Source of the DNA: Candidatus Gastranaerophilales bacterium
GTDB taxonomy: Bacteria > Cyanobacteriota > Vampirovibrionia > Gastranaerophilales > Gastranaerophilaceae
NCBI GenBank assembly: GCA_905236775.1
Contig: CAJOOM010000175.1
Coordinates: 1-63,245, forward strand
Direction: 5' to 3'
DNA length: 63,245 nucleotides
A program made the translations under genes and the position numbers. Position 1 is the stretch's first letter, and every line of letters begins with the position of its first letter. Of the stretch, positions 60,531-63,245 are shown piece after piece. The notes beneath the pieces are model-generated. The model was not told where the DNA came from, did not search any database, and saw only the letters and a list, made by a program, of their open reading frames with translations.

Positions 60531-61088
60531 TTAACTATGAGTAGGTCTTTTTGCTTCAGCGCTGGATTTAACTTCTTTTGCCACGTCATCAGCAACTTCT
60601 TCAACAGCATCTTTCGCATTTTCAGCGCTTTCTTTTGCTTCTTCCGCAGCTTTCTTATAAGGTTCAAAGAATTTACTAAGTTTTTGCTTAAATTCTTTAC
60701 CATTCTTCATCCAGCCAAAAAACTTTTTGTCATTTTCTTCTGCTAGTTTTTCTAATTCTTCCAAGCCCTTTTTCATTCCGTCATAATTTTTAACAGCTTC
60801 TGAATTCTGCAGATTTTCTAATTCTTTTTTTACAGCTTCAAACTCAGATTTAGCAACTTTACCTCTTTTTCCTAACAAAAATCCAATTGTTCCACCAACA
60901 CCTGCAGCGATTACACCGCTAAGAATATTTGCTCCTAATCTTGATTTATTAGCAGCTTTCATTTCTTCCATTTGCTCATCATATACTTCCGGTTGAGTAT
61001 TATATTCTTCTGCATAAACTTCCGGTTGGTATTGAGATGGTTGATATTGAGCATAATCTACTGCTCCTACATTTTGTACTTCAGGCAT
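60531..61088 (-). CDS. Hypothetical protein with one Gly-rich hydrophobic helix
   Basis: ILSGVIAAGVGGTIGFLLG followed by coiled coil. Confidence 0.75.
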   Translation of the reverse strand: MPEVQNVGAVDYAQYQPSQYQPEVYAEEYNTQPEVYDEQMEEMKAANKSRLGANILSGVIAAGVGGTIGFLLGKRGKVAKSEFEAVKKELENLQNSEAVKNYDGMKKGLEELEKLAEENDKKFFGWMKNGKEFKQKLSKFFEPYKKAAEEAKESAENAKDAVEEVADDVAKEVKSSAEAKRPTHS

Positions 61089-61250
61089 ATTTAAACCTAC
61101 TTTCTTTATTTTCTACTACACTTTTATACTTAATATAAAACAAGTGAACACCGGAAATTGCTTAAAATTCATGAAATATTACAAAATTGTTACATTTCAA
61201 TCTTGCGGAAAATTAAAATTTTTATCGCAAATTCATAAAACTCAAGCTTT

Positions 61251-62390
61251 TTATATTCTCGTCTTATTTTTGCCTTCTTTTGCTCTTTTTTTCCTGCGCA
61301 TTAAATCAACAAAAGCTTCAAGACGTGTAATATATCCAGCTCTTCCTGTCTGTTCATCCATAATTAATGGCAATATAGGAATTTCATGTTCACTTCTTAT
61401 AGTTGGGAAAATGTTTTGTGACATAATTTCAGGCATGCAAGTAAACGGAGATATATGAATAATACCGTCTTTTCCCTTTTTATCAGCAAATACGACATCA
61501 GAAACGCATTCCAAAGCATCTCCGCCAATATCACGCATTAAATACGGTTTTGCCATTCTCTCAGCTCTTTGTAAGTGAGTTTCTTTATTCTGGAATGCTT
61601 TTGGAATAATTGCATCCTTTAAAAAGCTTCCTACGGTAAGACTTCTTCTTGTCTGAACCCCCATTCTTCCTAGTTCTCTTTCAATATTTTGATTTGAAAA
61701 CTCATCATTAACAAGAAAAATCTCACCCGTTATATCTACATTTAAAACTTCTCTATTTGGGTCTATTTCTGTTTTTTCAATTTCTTTTAAAGCAAGATTA
61801 TATGCTTTACCTAAATCATGAGTCGAATCTGCTTTATCAATAATATTTAAGGCTTTCTTGTAATTCTTTTCTGCATCACCAAAGTGGATTTCTCTTGCTC
61901 TATAATACGAAAGAGCTTTATCTAAATCATCTATTACGAAGATTTTTCTTATTGTTATATTTATCGCTCTGAGAATCAAAATCGGGTCGTTTTTACCGGA
62001 GATTTCTTTCATAAATTTATACAACCCTTTAATACCATCATAGAGTGATAATTCTATATAATTTGCATTGTATCCTAAGTCTTTGAGAGTTGTGTAAATA
62101 TTATTACCGTATTCACCCAATCTGCAAATTCCCGGTGACGTAATCATTGCAACATAATCTGCACCACCCTCTATAGCCTCTATAAAATTTCCCAAAATTA
62201 ATTTGTATGGCAAACAAATCGCTTCCGGAGAATTTTTAGTACCATATGATAATGTTTTCTTACTTGTATAAGGCGGAACATAAGGTTCAACACCAACTTT
62301 CCTTAGCCCAGCCGCCCAAGCAATGGATATCGTTCCCATATGCGGAAATGCTACCTTAATTTTTTTATTCTTATCCCTTTTTATAGCCAT
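61251..62390 (-). CDS. 2-hydroxyacyl-CoA dehydratase/activase-associated protein
   Basis: FPHMG, PEAICLPYK, GICRLG, PFTCMPE, DEQTGRAG..TRLEAF. Confidence 0.75.
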   Translation of the reverse strand: MAIKRDKNKKIKVAFPHMGTISIAWAAGLRKVGVEPYVPPYTSKKTLSYGTKNSPEAICLPYKLILGNFIEAIEGGADYVAMITSPGICRLGEYGNNIYTTLKDLGYNANYIELSLYDGIKGLYKFMKEISGKNDPILILRAINITIRKIFVIDDLDKALSYYRAREIHFGDAEKNYKKALNIIDKADSTHDLGKAYNLALKEIEKTEIDPNREVLNVDITGEIFLVNDEFSNQNIERELGRMGVQTRRSLTVGSFLKDAIIPKAFQNKETHLQRAERMAKPYLMRDIGGDALECVSDVVFADKKGKDGIIHISPFTCMPEIMSQNIFPTIRSEHEIPILPLIMDEQTGRAGYITRLEAFVDLMRRKKRAKEGKNKTRI

Positions 62391-62516
62391 TTATATTTCC
62401 CTCGATTACATTTATATTATATCACAATCATTTAGTTTTCATTTAATATAAATATCCGATACATGATGAGTATGTAAAAAGTCAAAAATGATTGGATTAA
62501 GCAAATTCCAGAATTC

Positions 62517-62557
62517 AAAAAATCGGGTTCGATAAAAATATTTATCAAACCCGATTT
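62517..62557 (-). terminator. Intrinsic terminator after pgk
   Basis: AAATCGGGTT...AACCCGATTT stem followed by a T-run on the minus strand. Confidence 0.75.
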
Positions 62558-62582
62558 CGTAATTCATTATAGATTAAATATT

Positions 62583-63245
62583 TTACTTGTCATCTAATGC
62601 AGCAACACCCGGCAGAACTTTTCCTTCTATAAATTCTAATGAAGCACCGCCGCCTGTTGATACGTGAGTGAAATCTTCCGCTTTAAAGAATTTCTTAGCT
62701 GCGCTAACTGAATCACCGCCACCGATTACAGAAGTTGCACCGTTCTTTGTTGCTTCAACAACTGCTGCTAATACAGCTTTTGTACCTTCTGCAAACTTAG
62801 GATTCTCAAATGCGCCCACAGGACCGTTCATCAAGATAGTTTTAGATGATTTAATAACATCAGCAAAAGCTTTTCTTGATTCTTCGCCTGCATCAACACC
62901 TTCAAATCCGTCAGGAATTTCGTTAATTTTAACAAACTTATTAGTACCGTTTCCTGAGAAGTCATCGGTAACAAGAACGTCAGTTGCCATAACTAATTTA
63001 ACGCCTTTTTCTTGAGCTTTCTTTTCGATAGCTTTAGCAACATCCAATTGATCATCTTCGCAAATTGAGTTCCCTATTTTACCGCCGTTTGCTTTAACGA
63101 AAGTATAAGCCATGCCGCCGCCGATAATCATGTTATCAACCTTGTCTAAAAGGTTTTCCAGAACGCCGATTTTAGAAGAAACCTTAGCTCCGCCGACGAT
63201 TGCAGTGAAAGGTCTTGTAGGATTATCAAGAGCCTGTGATAAGCA
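62583..63245 (-). CDS. pgk: Phosphoglycerate kinase (5' part outside the window)
   Basis: GGAKVSSKI, GGGMAYTF, NGPVGAFE, STGGGASLE. Confidence 0.97.
   Translation of the reverse strand, partial: CLSQALDNPTRPFTAIVGGAKVSSKIGVLENLLDKVDNMIIGGGMAYTFVKANGGKIGNSICEDDQLDVAKAIEKKAQEKGVKLVMATDVLVTDDFSGNGTNKFVKINEIPDGFEGVDAGEESRKAFADVIKSSKTILMNGPVGAFENPKFAEGTKAVLAAVVEATKNGATSVIGGGDSVSAAKKFFKAEDFTHVSTGGGASLEFIEGKVLPGVAALDDK

Overview
AT-rich bacterial chromosomal window (about 30% GC by eye, not computed). Diderm genes (MlaF/MlaD, beta-barrels) occur with cyanobacteria/Firmicute-type housekeeping genes (pdxA, ligA, queA, purB, mnmG, rph, panB, TM-fused YvcK, Mini-III, GH57, pgk), an isolated flgB-flgC-fliE trio and many EF-hand/TPR orphans. 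This mix suggests a non-photosynthetic Melainabacteria (Gastranaerophilales-like) genome; the assignment is inference. No prophage, transposase or CRISPR was found. Main signals the ORF track does not explain: (1) a two-gene orphan operon (23410-28661) whose first product has no signal peptide but ends in a Prevotella-like type IX secretion C-terminal sorting motif, with an N-terminal N-x-x-F-x-LELS module shared by both products; (2) an about 85-bp octamer-repeat hairpin cassette lying between Shine-Dalgarno and ATG of two unrelated genes (flgB, yvcK), whose folding can restore a 7-nt SD-ATG spacing; (3) two unannotated 24-aa hydrophobic-peptide loci with type I toxin-antitoxin-like RNA architecture; (4) a shared promoter layout (GTAAC/HLR1-like box, G[A/C]AATT, YTTTAWAT) before five orphan genes, plus sigma28-type promoters; (5) a tRNA-Gly whose 5' end is triplicated; (6) about ten apparently leaderless genes and several families of small palindromic or tandem repeats.
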